Assembly (NCBI GenBank): GCA_003427395.1
Contig: BFEA01000003.1
Coordinates: 6,476,208-6,540,207, forward strand
Direction of reading: 5' to 3'
DNA length: 64,000 nt
From: Chara braunii
Lineage: Eukaryota > Plantae > Charophyceae
The position numbers were made by a program, and so were the translations under genes. The notes beneath the pieces were generated by a model. It had not been told where the DNA came from, did no database searches, and saw only the letters and a program-made list of their open reading frames with translations. Position 1 is the first letter of the stretch. Every line of letters begins with the position of its first letter. This document shows, piece by piece, positions 22,438-39,130 of the stretch.

Positions 22438-25400
22438 AACATAACCCCACCTGGTGATGAATACAGTGGACGCACTGTACGACAGGGACAAGGCGTGGAA
22501 GGACTGCAAACGACAGGCCGACCTCGACGTGCGCTCGTTAAACGTCAATGGCCTGGCTTCAGCTAACCAATCCAAAAGACAGACAATCTTCGACCAGCTC
22601 AAAGGGGTGGAAGGCAGGAAATGGTCGGATGTGGTGTGCCTGCAGGAAACCCACCTCATGGACAATCCAGACCACGGCCACATACACAAAGGGCTTTAAC
22701 CCCACCAAGCCTTCAGGGCCCACGCCCCCGGGTCGGGGAGCGCAGGAGTCGCTATTTGGCTCCCCCCTGATACACGGGTTGAAATGCTTAACTGGGCAGC
22801 AGATCAAGAGGAGGGCAGGTGGGTTTACCTGTTGGCCATGCTGGAATTAGAAGTGGTATGTATACTGAATATATACACCCCAAACGATCCCTCACATCGC
22901 CAGCGCTTCTTGGAGTCTCTGAAAGACAAACTTCCAACGGGTATCCCGATGATCCTGGTGGGCGATTTCAATGCGGCCCCCGATCGAACACTGGACAGAT
23001 GGAAACTTCCCTCCCCCTGCCCAACTTACATACAAAATGACGAAAGGATCATTGCGGAACTCGTCCAGTTCCTCAATCTCTTTGACACCTTCAGGAGACA
23101 ATTCCCAACCGATCGCCGCTTCTCATGTTTCCGAAAGAACGACACTGAGAAATCGACGAGGTCTCGGATCGACCTCATTCTAACCTCAGATGAAATATAA
23201 GGTGCCATACAAATCGCAGACATCTTCCCACGCAGCCCATACCCGGGCCTGGATCACACAATGTGCGTCGCTATCTTTTCGTTCCAAAAGAAACCAGACC
23301 AAGGGAGGGGCTTCTATAAACTAAACACCTCTCTATTGACGATCGACCAATTCAAAGCCTACCTCAAAGACGTATGGTCCTTTTGGCAAGACCAGAGAGA
23401 CCAGATCAACGACGACATCGTATGGTTCAATAACGGTCTGACATTTCTAGGTCGCAAGTGCAATGACTACTCAAAACTCCTCGCCGGCCGACGCCATGCC
23501 GAGGAGGCGAACCTCTTACACGAATTACAATAACTGCAACAACAAGAGGAGGCTGCAATAAATACAACACAGCAAGCCGAGATCACCAATAGCATCCACA
23601 ACCTGGAAACCAGCCTGTTAGGGTACATGGAAAATTGTTGGCAGGGCGTTAGAATCCGGGGCGACCTCTTTAGGCACAACATGGAGGGGGCCATGGACGA
23701 GCGTTTCTTTGCGATGGCCAGAGCTAAGGCAGGACGAACAATAATCGAGGCCCTGGAAGACCCCAAAAGCCACCAAGGCCCATTGCATACATCTACGACA
23801 ATCTGCACCCGAATAGCGAGGGACTTCTGCCAGGACCTCTTCATGTCAGAATGCGGTAATATCCCGAACGATCTACGAATAAAAGAACTAGAGGAATTCC
23901 TGCTCCCACTGGACAAGGCCATACACGAACAACAACGAGACATATTGGAAGAGCGTCTGTCCAAAGAGGAAATATGGACAGCCCTACAACAAATGGAGGA
24001 AGAAAAGACACCGGGAATAAATGGGTTGCCCAAGGAATTATGGGCGGCCATGTGGCCAGTCATGTCACAAGATCTCATGGACTTTTATCGGGCGGTCTGG
24101 GCAACGGGGCAGACAGGAGAAATAGTGAGTCAGGGCGTGCTGACACTCTTATACAAGAAGGGGGCAAGGACTAACATTCGGAATTACAGGCCTATCACCC
24201 TGCTAACGGTTGTGTACAAATTAATGGCCAAGGCCCTGGCCAATCGAATGTTGTCCGTCATGCCCGTCATCATACATCCTGACCAGACTGGCTTCATCCA
24301 AGGAAGGAACATCCAAGACAACCTCCTCCTGGTCAATGAAGTAATCAAGCTAACAAGGCAGTCAAAGAATAATGCGGCAATCATCTTCATCCACTTTGAG
24401 AAGGCATACGACCATGTCGACAGGTCGTTCCTCGATAAATGCCTGGAAAAACTTAACTTCGGACCGGTCTTCAGGCGTTGGGTGAGGATCCTTCACACAA
24501 ATGCAACAACAAGAGTCATGGTAAATGGTAACCTGGCCCCTCCCATTGGGCTCCAACGGTCAGTCAGATAAGGCGACCCCCTAGCTCCATACCTATTTAT
24601 CATAGGCATGGAGGCACTAACAGCCAACCTAAGAAAACACAAGAATATCCGTAGAATACAAGTGTCCTCAATACCACAGGAGGCGATTCCAGTCTGCTCG
24701 TTTTTCGCCGACGATCTTACACTAATGGTAGAAACTTCCCAAGAATCGATGGTTGAAGTCCAACGCATGATGGACCGCTTTTGTAGACTGGCTGATATGA
24801 GGGTCAACTGGGGCAACAAAACCCAAGGCTGGTGGATACACCACCAAGGGGTGAGACCCCCGGAAGAACCCAGAGTCAAATGGCTTCCTCAGGAAACCCC
24901 AATCAGAGTACTGGGGGTGCTCATGTCAGCAGTGGGAAGGCCGGCTACAAATAATGAATGGATCTCTGAGCCCCCGCAGAAAAAAATGTCACTTTGGAAA
25001 AATAAACACACCTCGCTGATCGGGCGCTCCCTATTAATAAATAACGCGATCCTCGCCTCCTTGTGGTACAAATCTGCTATCTGGACCTTGGACAAGAATG
25101 CCCTGCGCCCTTTGAAGAAACAGATAGCCGCCTTCGTGTGGAGGGGAGACCACGAGGAGCCAGACGTAATCAGCAGAGTGGCGTGGCAGACCATAATCCA
25201 ACCTAAAGACAAAGGGGGCTTGGGCATAATTGATCCTGCGTTGCAAACAAAGGCAATGGCACTACGGTGGCTCAAACGTCTGTTGTTCAATCAAGACACC
25301 CCGTGAAAGGGTTTAGCACTGGAACAAAACTCCCGTTTAGCGCCACAAACAGCAGCGGGGATCGACCCGTTGACATGGCTTGAAAACCGGGGATGACCCA

Positions 25401-26884
25401 TCCCGCAGAGAGGAGCGCAACGGTTGCATGGCCATCCCTCCCATGCCTCCTCCAGACAAGCAGCAAGGGAGGACCTACGGAACGACCCGTTCTGGCCAGA
25501 CCTCTTGAAAACATGGAGGAGCCTGCCCCTACCAGACAAAACTCCACTAGAGAGGTGGGAGGAGGTGGCACGGCAACCGCTGTTTGGGAACAGATGGATA
25601 ACAGACTCACAAGGGCAAACACTTCATTGCATGGACTCCTCGTGGCGCGGTTGGGTTCGATGGCGGGTGATTAGGGTCCGGGATATTTAGGACAAGGAAT
25701 AAAGAAATTGGATCTCACCGGAGGAGTTAAGAAAGAGACTACGTTACTGTCATTGCCCGAAGGTGGCCTTGGACACCTTGATTGAAAGGATCCCCCTGGC
25801 CTGGTGGAGGATCCTAAGAAAAGGCCCACCCCTTCACGAATCAGACTGGGTAGCAGTGACAGGTTGCCCAAACCAGGTGGGCAACATAGTATCATGCGCA
25901 TCGGACGGGTCACTTAGTGTCAATCTGTTTCGGGTTGGCTGGAACAACACCCTTCAAAAGGCAGAGCCAGACGAAACAATCCTATGCTGGAAAGAAAATT
26001 TGTATAGAATCAGAATACTCCAAGAAAATGAGCAAATGGTGGCCTATCACCCTCAAACCCAGATCCACTTACTTGCTCTGGACCCTGCGGAATGGTCATG
26101 GACAACATCAACAGGAAAGGGCAAGAAATTTACAAAAACGTTGTACAGCCTCACAGTTAAATCAACGTACAGACTCTTGCGGCCGAGAATCAATCTTCGG
26201 GACCGAGTGGAGGTGCGGTGGATGAACCATTTAAACATCGATAGGAACAAGTTGAGAGGCATAAAATGGTTCAGGATGATTAAGGACAAACCCGCAAAAA
26301 TTGCCTCGCTACAATGGCAGATCGAACATCGTTGTCTGCCGATAAACGAGTGGCTAATAGATAGATAAAACTTAGAACAGAAAGGCCTTGTGCTCCCCTG
26401 GTGTAGGTTCTGCACCGATACCTTCCCTTCCAGGAAAGCCCCAGAGACAATAGAACATATTTTTCTCCAATGCCCGGGAGTGGTATGGCTATTGAGATGG
26501 TGGGACAAAATATGGAACCAACTAGGGACCCATACCTGGTGGCCGTGGGACTGGAAAACCCTCTTGTGTGAAGCATTCCCTATGGACCAGTTAGATGAGT
26601 TCACAAACAATATGCTCAAAATTGGTCGCAGAGCGGTGCTCTGTCTCTCTGGCAACGACGTTGCACATACGAAATGGAAAGAGCACGGTTGGAAGGGCCA
26701 TAACTCATGGAAAGCATTCAACAACAGATCCAAACCGAAATAAGGGAACATTGGGAACAAGTTAGGAAGCAGCTCCAGATACTACAGTTACCAAAAGAGA
26801 TCCAGCAAAAAATCAAGGATTTCAGCCTGAGCTGGCTTGGGGGGGAACAAGGGGGGAGGATAGAGAAAGTAGAATGGAAAGGGA

Positions 26885-29645
<2,761 letters not shown>

Positions 29646-30559
29646 GGGGGCCGATGTGAACCTGGGGAGGGTCAGGGAGAGAGGGTTTTAGTGAGGGATT
29701 ACCGGCTCCTTTTTCATGATTGGACCAAGATCGACTCAGTTATCCCCTTGAGGCCCAGCGACGACTTCCCCAACCCCTTCATCCCCCCCTCCAACTGTTT
29801 GGTGGGTATGGATTGGTACGGGGTGGAGGTGTGAGAACTGGTTATTGGTGTCAGAACAGCCCTCACTGCAAGGACTTCACTTGCCAAGTTCTTTCTCGTC
29901 ACCTCCCAAACTGCGAGAGATGTACTTAAGGGAGGGTAGGGTATACAGCAGGAGGCATATAGCGGCATCCCAGCAGAAGGGGCAATAGCACATGCAAAGT
30001 TTTTTCGCAGTTACCATTCAACAGGACAGCGATACATTTATGGGATGGTAGGGGGAGGGAGGTACTAGGATCTAGCAGGGAGTATTTGGCGCCTGATCTC
30101 GGGTGAAGAGGTCCCTCCCCCCCCCCCGCCCTTCCCCCTGCTCAGTTAATCCCCTGGATGCCAGGGCAATCAATGCTGGCAGGAACTTCTCATTATGTCT
30201 TTTTTCAATCTGTTTATGGGACGCTGGACCCGTTTTCCAGCAGGTGACGCTCCCCACCAATAGATGGAGTCTCTCCCCGGGTGGTGGTGTTGNNNNNNNN
30301 NNNNNNNNNNNNNNNNNNNNNNNNNNNNNNNNNNNNNNNNNNNNNNNNNNNNNNNNNNNNNNNNNNNNNNNNNNNNNNNNNNNNNNNNNNNNNNNNNNNN
30401 NNNNNNNAAAAAAAAAAAAGAAGCTAGGGACCACATGACTACAGGAAGAAGCTGAACGATATATTTTTCTCTTGGAATACCTCGTTTGTGTTCAATGGTT
30501 TGAAAATTGACTATTGACTCCACTACTAGCTGCCTGGGTATATATCTCATAATATCTGG

Positions 30560-32570
30560 TCCCAATGAACTCCGATATCGTCCCACAAGGTCAACATGCA
30601 TGAAGTAGAGAATACACACGGTGACACGGGAGAAAAAAAAACAGATAAATTCTCTCATGGATGCATGTTTTAAGGATGACATCTTCCCGACAGGACTGGA
30701 TATTGGAGTAGTTCGGTTGGGGGAGGATATTGCACGATTTAACCTGAATGAACAATTTTCAAAGTACAATACTGGTTGGCTGAAAGAACATGTCGTGACC
30801 ATTGTCTTCATGCATGATGCCAAAACCCTCTCAAACTCGGTCAAAAATAAATTGGTTCGTGTGTATGAAAATGGATGGTACGATGCGGGTTTGATTGCTA
30901 ATTCAGTTAAATGCAGACGTTACTAAAGTGAAGGGAAAAATCTGGCCTCCTTTGTTTCGAAAGAAACGAAAGTCATCAAATGGATGTCGGAAAAACAAGA
31001 CGATATGATTGAATGCGAAGACAAGGAATATGTGGTTCGTTTTTATCCTTGGATGACGTTAGTAGAAATGAAGGTATTTAAAGAAGTTGGAGCAAAGTTC
31101 TGCTGGGTGCGATGCCCGAGAGTCCCCCTTCAGTTGATGTCAGTCTTTCGGGAAGCAATCGAAAAAAACTTTGGTCCGGTGATAAAAACTCACCCCACCA
31201 AAGAATTTGAGGAGGAACCTGAATTAGGGTCTGTAAGACTGGACCTGGACTGTAGGGCACAGGCGGCGATCAAGCCTCGCCTGGTGGCTGGAATTCCCAA
31301 CCAAGGTGATTATTATTTTGAGATCCTCTTGGCAGATACGCCTTGGTGCGATACCTGCAGAATGTTTTATCACACTGACAATGACGATGTCTGCCCAGCA
31401 AAGGAAATTGACCCCTTCCTAATTCCGGGACCAAGACAACCTCCACCGTAGCCTTCCTTTTCAGGGTTTGTGCCGATGGGGGAGGAAGCCCCAAAATCAG
31501 GGTTCCGCAGACTGCCGGCTCACCTGATGAAGAAGGGAAAGAAGGAAGAAATATCATCCTCACGGAACCAGAAAGAAAGGAACCCCAAGCCAGGTCGGTA
31601 GAAGATTCGGAAAGTAGGGAAAGCAAAGAAAGGGAATAAGCCTAACGAAAAAGGAAAGGCGGAAAAAAATGGTTTGCAAAAAGGTATGGAGAAGGATTGT
31701 AATAAAAAGGAATTGGGAGTTGGCGCTAATAAAGGGGGACAATGAAAGGAAAAGAAGGGACAACTCTCCGAAGGAGAGGATTCCGACACCTCAGTCGGAC
31801 TGACACTGAACAGAGAAAAAAATGGTCAAAAGGGTCAGCCAACAGAGTCCGGGGACCATTCTACGACTAATCTTGAAGAAGTGGTCGTGAGAGTGTTGAG
31901 GGGTAGAGGAAAAAAGAAGAAGCAAGGGGAATAGGAAGAGGGAACAGGGCAAAGCGAATTGGAATAATATTGAGACTTTGAAAAATACACGAAGGGGGAT
32001 GGGGAAGGTTGGGTGGAACACCGAAAAGCAGAATTGTCGGGGAGACTCTTTTTGTCAGAACCAGTTCCAACATTGGACAGAGCAGATGCCAATATTTCTA
32101 AAATATTGATTCCGCTCATTTGTGCTAACTCAAGCAAGGGGGTCGTAGTGCTGGCCAACATGCTGGCCAACAAAGCAATGGAACTGCCATCAGTGGAAAC
32201 CGACACAGCGCTCACGGAACAGTCGATCCTGAATAAGGTGAAAAAACTGATTTCTAACTTTCTAAGTTAGAGTCATTCCACTCCTCAGAGTTGGGTGACA
32301 CAGCAGAAGACGATAATGGAACCAAAGCCCGTCTGTATTTTGTCTTCTTGGATGCCAAAGTGAACAATGAAATCAAAGAGCAGTTGTCGGCTATGAGGAA
32401 GGAATGATTTCCACTCGCAATCCTCGATTCAACGCTTAATGAAGAACTGGACATGCTCTTCTTCAGAAATTCAATATCGGCCAAAGTTATCGCTGAGTGG
32501 TTGACGAACTCTCCCAAACGAGCGGTGATTTTCTCGGCGAACTTCCCTGATATGTTAAGAGCCCCGTGGT
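30560..32570 (+). pseudogene. LINE C ORF1 remnant
   Basis: Fragments 30621-30926, 30984-31451 (WCDTCRMFYHTDNDDVC knuckle) and 32013-32270. Confidence 0.75.
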
Positions 32571-32599
32571 TTGAAGAACAAAATCTGAAAAGGGGGGAA

Positions 32600-33957
32600 G
32601 GAATGAGATGCCGCACACAAACAGAAGGTTCTGCGGCATCTCTTGGTCGGATTCATGGTTCAACCGGCACAGACACGACCTATGCTGCCTAAGGGCAGGT
32701 ATTTCTTCTTGATGAAAGGAAAACCGTGGTCGGCCTGTATACAGGTCGAAACCACTCAGGATTCTTTGTCAGACCACAATCCGGTCACAACGGAGTTTAA
32801 GATAATACAGGATAATAAATCCGGTCCTTCTTACTATAAACGGAATGTGAACCATCTAAAGGACAAGGGGATCCTGGACTGGATCAGTAAGCATCTGGAT
32901 CAATGTCACAAGGCCAAACCGCTGTTTGACAACGAGGAACAATGGACAAAAGTTGGCTTCAGACTTCTACAAGGGGGATTAAGTAATATCTCCCTAATAA
33001 AAACAGCAGTAAATCATAAGAAAGATGCAGATCTGAAGAAGAAAATTCACACAACGGAAATAGAATTGGGGAGACACCCCTTGGAAGTGATTGCTTCTGA
33101 AAACCGAGACGTTGCAATTCTGTTGCTGGACATGGAAAAGGCCTATGACCGAGTAGGTTGAGCCTTTGTGATGACCGCCTGAAAGCACATGGGGTTTGGA
33201 GAAAATTTATCCCGGTGGGTTAAAATTATGTATTCTACTGCATCAGCGGCAGCCATGGTGAATGGCTATGTATCTGGTAAGTTTGAACTGACCCGTTCGC
33301 TAAGACAGGTGTGTCCTTCAGCCCCCCTACTCTTTGTGGTACACATGGAAGTGCTACTGGATAACATAAAACATAACGAAGAGATCAAAGGATTGGAACT
33401 ACAGAATAAACTACAATGGAAGGGGGGAGCTCTGGCAGACGATCTCATGATCGCCTGCCAGAGTAACTGCCCAACATTGTTGTCCCTACGGAAAGTCCTT
33501 AATTCCTATTGTGACCTATCCAAGACATCTATTAATTGGATTAAATCAGTCTATTTCCTGCCAATGACCATAAATTTCAGGTTAACTGGGGATTGAAGCC
33601 GGTACCATCAAATGCATCTGAACACTTTTTGGGTGTCCAAGTGTCACTGGCAGAGAATGCAGACTTCCAGGACTCGCTGCTTGAGGAAAAACTCAGGAAC
33701 AGACTGCTGATTCAGAAGTTCAGCACAAAATGTGAGGCTTTACTCTCGTGGAGGACATAATGTGCCAAATGAAAAAGAAGCACTGGGATGTCTCGTGAAC
33801 ACCCCAGCATCTGTCTCTTATACACATCTAGATGTGTATAAGAGNNNNNNNNNNNNNNNNNNNNNNNNNNNNNNNNNNNNNNNNNNNNNNNNNNNNNNNN
33901 NNNNNNNNNNNNNNNNNNNNNNNNNNTCATGGCTGCCACAGCATCGCCCTTCTGCCT

Positions 33958-33988
<31 letters not shown>

Positions 33989-35895
33989 CACAGACTGGCT
34001 TCATGGAAAAATACCAGACACCTGTCGTTCTTGGGACGAGCGATGGTCATAACTTCAGCAGCCTTTTCAGTATTGTGGTTTGTGCTAGCAGCCCATATGC
34101 TGGGAGAAGACACTCATTAAAGGATCAAGAATGCAACAGCTAGGCTGGTATGGAAGCCAGAGGGTAAAGAAGAACAGAGTTTCTTTTCGAAAGTGGCATG
34201 GGAAACGGTAGCCTTCCCCAGAGACGAAGGGGGTTTAGGCATACTGGATCTGCGCCAACAGAATGTGGCACTGCTAGCTAAGTGGCCGGTGAAGGCACTG
34301 CACGACAAAGAAGACGATCCCTGGTGTATGCTGGCCTGAAATATCCTCTGCAAGGAATGGTCTCTGTCGAGAGTAGAAGATGTACAAGCTTGCTTTCTAA
34401 TTCAATCCTATGTAAACAAGAGACCGAAGTCTACCTTCTGGAGGAACATCTTGAGGGCCTGTCAACAACTTTGCCTGACTTACCGGGAGCAACCTTCGTC
34501 TAAAACGGCAGTTTTGACGCAAGGATTATTTGAAAACCCACTGGTGGATGATAGTCAGGGACAGACCTTTTCGGCCCATGATAGCGCAAACCATTTTGGT
34601 CGGTCCTGGGTTGAGAAGGGAGTGGTGCAGGTAAGAGACATCTGGGACACTCTGAAGCAGACATGGAGGACAACTCAAGAGTTAAGAAGCAGATTGGGGA
34701 GACTCAGGAAAATACCAGAAAAACTAGCGCAGATTCGACAGGCTATACCGCACTGGTGGGTATTGCTCCTCTCGAACATCAGCGGGATCCCAAGGACAGG
34801 GTACTGGTGCAGGGAAAAGGGGGACGAAGATAAGATTTTGCAGGTTACAGATGATCTTGGAGGAGAAGGGTACGCAGCGGTAGAATGGAAGAAGCCAGTA
34901 GACTTTGAATACAACAGAGAGCTAGTTAAAGGGGAGGTACCGAGAGTGGCTTCCTTGAAGGACACGGACTCCAAGGAGATAGTAGCGAGAGTGACCGCGC
35001 ACAGAGCTCCAGAAGGGGGTACTCTGCTACAAAAAGTTTCTCTTCCTATGGGACTCAAACCTCTGCAAGAAGCCCCTGTGGATGTCAGAGCACTAGAGTG
35101 CTGGAGTGATAAGGAAAAAAAGGTGATAACGCTAGACCAGTATTCCTCGAAGAAAGGAACAGATACGCTGACTCAGAGATGGAAAGTTGTCAAGAAGCCT
35201 GTTTTCGTAATTGAAAAACGTAGAAGAAAGCAGGATTTGCTGCCTATCTCGAAAGAGGAAACATGGTCCCTGTGTAGACAGTTTAAAGCTAGACCCTCGC
35301 AAAAGTTGGCAAGTATGTTGTGGCTACAACTGTTCTTGGCAACAGCAACAGCAGTCTGTTTAGTTAGTAAAGGTATGAATGTCTCGGCGAGCTGTGTACG
35401 ATGTAGGTGGATGTGGGAAACAAACAGGTATCTTTGGCTGACCTGCCCAGATGTAGACGCATTTGGGAGTTGTGGATTTACCACTGGAACCGGATCACAG
35501 GAGGAGTTTTTCAGTGGTCTGATGAGTGGATAGTCTCAGGCATTTACAGGGCTTCAGACAAACAGGGGAACAGTTGGTTGTATGTAGCTCAGACGACTAG
35601 AGCAATCATCATGAAAGTAATATGGGACGATAGGAACACTCAACTATTCAAGGGACAACACATGTCAGATCTGGCAATTAAGAACCGGATTGCTCTAGAC
35701 ATTAGGACAACCATCCAGAGTGACTGGTCTCGAAGATCACAGAAAGGACAGACATCAAAGACTGTGAAATGGTTTTGGGACACATGGGGGAGAGAGTCCA
35801 GATTAGCAAAGCTGTACCCGTCAGGTAGGGTCTGTGTTGCGCCATGGCTGCTCTCCCCCACCGGACATGGGGAGCGTTTTAGCTCCCCGCCTTGA
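32600..35895 (+). pseudogene. LINE C ORF2 remnant with large internal deletions
   Basis: SDHNPV (end of EN), LLDMEKAYDRV, SLRQVCPSAPLLF, ALADDL, W...GGLGILDL and CVRC...WLTCP. Most of EN and the RT N-terminus are missing. Confidence 0.88.
33811..33844. other. Nextera mate-pair junction adapter (assembly artefact)
   Basis: CTGTCTCTTATACACATCTAGATGTGTATAAGAG immediately before an N gap. Confidence 0.98.
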
Positions 35896-36818
35896 GAACC
35901 CCTAGTGGAAGGTTAGAGGCAAAAGTCCTGAAGTCGGTCTAGATGATATGGTTTCTGGATGGGTTGTTATATTTCAACCCCCTTTTTTTTCTATTTGGGA
36001 GAACTGCTGCAATTAGACACTGGACCCGGTTCAGGAGCCTACATCTGGGTAAGGGCCCGAGAATGTTTTTGTACCGGGTTGTTTTGTGGGGTGATTCCCA
36101 GGCCCCTGTGTTTGAATTGCAATAAATATGGGGACTGGTTTCCCAAAAAAAAAGAAATGCAGTTCAAACCCGGGCTGCCTTTCGGTAGCAGTTCAGTCTG
36201 GGTCCGAACAGCAGATAAAAAAAAAAAAAAAAAAAAAAAGCATCCCTTATGCTTTGATTGCAGTCCGATACAGGATGCACAGTACTTGTCTGGACTGAAT
36301 GAAATGAGCCTCGCGTGGAATCCGCCTGCCTGGCTGGCAGGGGCCACAGGGAGGCGCCGTTTGGTCGGACCGTGATAGTAGCCCGTAGTTCCTCTGCATT
36401 TCTGTCTTTCTTTGTTGGTCTTGTTTCCTTTGTTTCTTCTGCTTGTTTCTCGGCTCTTTGATTGTTTTCTCGGCTTTTCGATTTTCTTTTGATATATTTT
36501 TCGATTTTGTTCGATTCGGTTTTGTCTTGTTGTGCATTGTGACCTTTCGAAGGCGTAGTGCCTCGGCGGACTGCTTTCCGACCGAGCGGGTTTTTGTCTC
36601 GACCCTGTGACCTTTCGAAGGCGTAGAGAAGTGAGGCTAGACTTGTTCTTTGTTCTTTGTTGTGTTTTTCGCGAAGGTGTATAGGACGTCCTTGCAATTG
36701 ATTCTTTCCTTCAGGACTTACGACCTGTGAATCCTACTGGTGTCCGGAGACCGGTAGGGGGGAGCGGACGGAAGTGGTTTTGGGGAATGTTTGGTGAGTA
36801 CGGGAACGAAGGTGGATT

Positions 36819-36864
36819 TCCCCCTGATGATGACGGCGTGGCGGCCGTCGAAACGCGTCGGGGA
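36819..36864 (+). ncRNA. Type I minimal hammerhead ribozyme
   Basis: TCCCC-CTGATGA-T-GACGGC-GTGGCG-GCCGTC-GAAA-CGCG-TC-GGGGA. Stem I 5 bp, intact core, stem II 6 bp, palindromic stem III. Predicted cleavage after C36859. Confidence 0.9.
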
Positions 36865-37289
36865 CGCCAACTTGTTGCTGTAATATACTATCAATTGCTT
36901 GTCCATGAACTGTGTCCATTCGTGATTCTGCACCATGTATGTCTTCATGTACTCTTGAATTTCATACTAGGGGCCACAAGGACCTCACAACAAGAAGCAA
37001 ACAAAGAAAACCACATGTCTCACGGTCCTCACATACTGGCCAGATACACTCCTCAAAGCACTGGTGTAACTTCCACCTACGTGAGGGTCTTCCCCACATC
37101 GGTGGATTGAAGCTGGATTCATAGTTCCTCTTTTCTTCTCTTTTTTTTTTCTCTTTTTCTTTCCTTTTTCTTCTTTGGCCTCCATCCCTGCACTGTTGAA
37201 ATAGAGACCCTGGTTCAAATGGCTTAATTCTGAATTGTGTGGGGCGGGCCTGCCACACCCTGGCACGTGACATCTGGGCCGTGATCAAT

Positions 37290-37385
37290 CTGGGGTGTGG
37301 CCGTGGCCAATCTGGGGTGTGGCTGAGACATCTCGGGCGTGGCCAGTTTGGGGTGTGGCCAAGACATCTCGGCCGCGGCCCAACC
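37290..37385. repeat. ~38-bp GC-rich minisatellite (2-3 units)
   Basis: GGTGTGGC..AGACATCTCGG.CG.GGCC units, same unit as 38935-39130. Confidence 0.75.
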
Positions 37386-38407
37386 ATGGGGCTGGTTTTT
37401 TTTTTTTTTTCCCTCAGGTGCGGTGCGACGCACAACCAAAAAAAAAAAACAAAAAAAAAACGGCCATTTGCCTGACTGAACTGCTAGAAAAGGCCAGCCC
37501 GAGTTTCAACTGCATTTGAAACTTGGGCTACACTGCTAAAACGCAGTTTGAGATGCATTTACAAACTGTAACCCTGACTGCGCCGGAGTTATTTCTTGTT
37601 TTTTTTTTGCAGCTTTTAGCCAACGGGCACTGCACAGGGCTGTGGCTCCACTGCTCACCAAATGCGCAAACTGAGAAAGAATCTCCCCTACAAAATGGGA
37701 AGATACAGCCCCCATATTTCTTGGCCTTTTGTGATGTTTCCTGCCAACGGGAAGCGCATTTTTCCGAGCACCACAAGCTCATTTTTTTGAAGTCGCGGGC
37801 CATTATTGCTTTTTTTTTTTTTTTTCGTGTCTTCTATTTTCTGTTGCCGCATTTTTCCCTTTGTCCAACAACTGTCGCCGACCTCCCAAAAACCCGGCCC
37901 TTTTTTTTTTTTTTTCGCAGCTCTCACTCACCGGAAACGGCGGAAAGCATAGTTTTGGCCAGCGGGGGGAGTGGTGGGGCCTTGAAATAAGGTAAGGGCT
38001 AGCATATACATTATCTGAGGCACAGCTCATAATGTGCCCGTGCCACCCAATCCAACAAGACAGAATCCCAGATATTATCTGCGGCAGGGCTCACAATGTT
38101 GCTGCGCCAGTGCAGTGAGGGTCTGAAGTTGTAACCTGACATCGGGCGCTTTGAGTAGTAATCCGACCCAATGAAACAAGGCGAAATCCCAGATACATTG
38201 TTTCAAAATCCCAGAGACATTATCTGAGGTACGGCTTATAATGTGGCCGCACTTCGAATAGAATCTGACGCACCACATAAATTAACGTAGCAAGGAAGAA
38301 TCACTTTGCAGGTTGCATGGTATCTCCACCTTTTACGCAGGTGACTCCGTGAGTGGCATTATCATTACTTTTTAATAATTTATCTCATGGCAGAAAATTA
38401 AGAATGT

Positions 38408-38481
38408 CGCTAGAGGGAGGGGTCGAACCTCCGACCTTATGGTTAACAGCCATACGCTCTAACCTACTGAGCTACTCCAGC
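38408..38481 (-). tRNA. tRNA-Asn (anticodon GTT), nuclear type, intact
   Basis: GCTGGAGTAGCTCAGTAGGTTAGAGCGTATGGCT-GTT-AACCATAAGGTCGGAGGTTCGACCCCTCCCTCTAGCG. Full cloverleaf, A and B boxes, upstream CAA, and a T4 terminator at 38394-38397. Confidence 0.97.
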
Positions 38482-38760
38482 CGCTTGGCTGTTTTCTTCG
38501 AGACAGCATTTTGTTTCTTATTCAAATGGTCTACCTAGTGGTCATTCGAGCTCTATGCTCATGCAGGGTGGTGGTGTTTCTTTTTGAGACAACTGCGCCT
38601 GCGACCGGTGCAGAGTTCAGAATTCGCGAATATAACTGTACACTCCATGTCCGAGAGAGGAGCTGTTACAAACTGCAAAAAAAAACAAAAACACATGCTT
38701 CCGACGCCTGCCAGTTCAACAATTGTCATAACTGGGAAGTACGAGTTCGGCTACAGGTCG

Positions 38761-38821
38761 TTTCCCGAGGGCTGGGGCGGGACCAGGTACATTTCCCGAG
38801 GGCTGGGGCGGGACCAGGTAC
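38761..38821. repeat. Exact 30-bp tandem duplication
   Basis: TTTCCCGAGGGCTGGGGCGGGACCAGGTAC at 38761 and 38792. Confidence 0.9.
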
Positions 38822-38934
38822 CGTTACCGTCTTTTCTTTCTTTTTTTGCAGGATCACGGAGGTGGGTTGGAAAAAGAATCGAGGAGGGCTGGGGTTGGAA
38901 AACGACTCGCGGAGACCCCCTTTTGCCATGGCAC

Positions 38935-39130
38935 AGCCACGGGTGTGGCCTAGACATCTCGGCCGTTGCCCGGCCATGGGCGTGGCCTAGACAATTCGGC
39001 TGTGGCCCACCCACAGGTGTGGCCTAGACATCTCGGCGGTGGCCCAGGCACAGGCGTGGCCTAGACATCTCGGCCGTGGCCCACCACGGGCAGGGCCTAG
39101 ACATCTCAGCCGTGGCCCAGCCACGGGTGT
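38935..39130. repeat. ~38-bp GC-rich minisatellite (about 5 units)
   Basis: Repeated GTGGCCTAGACATCTCGGCCGTGGCCCA. Confidence 0.85.

Noticed and set aside
38935-39130. CRISPR-like appearance of the 38-bp repeats
   Set aside because: No unique spacers, no cas genes, eukaryotic context; it is a minisatellite.
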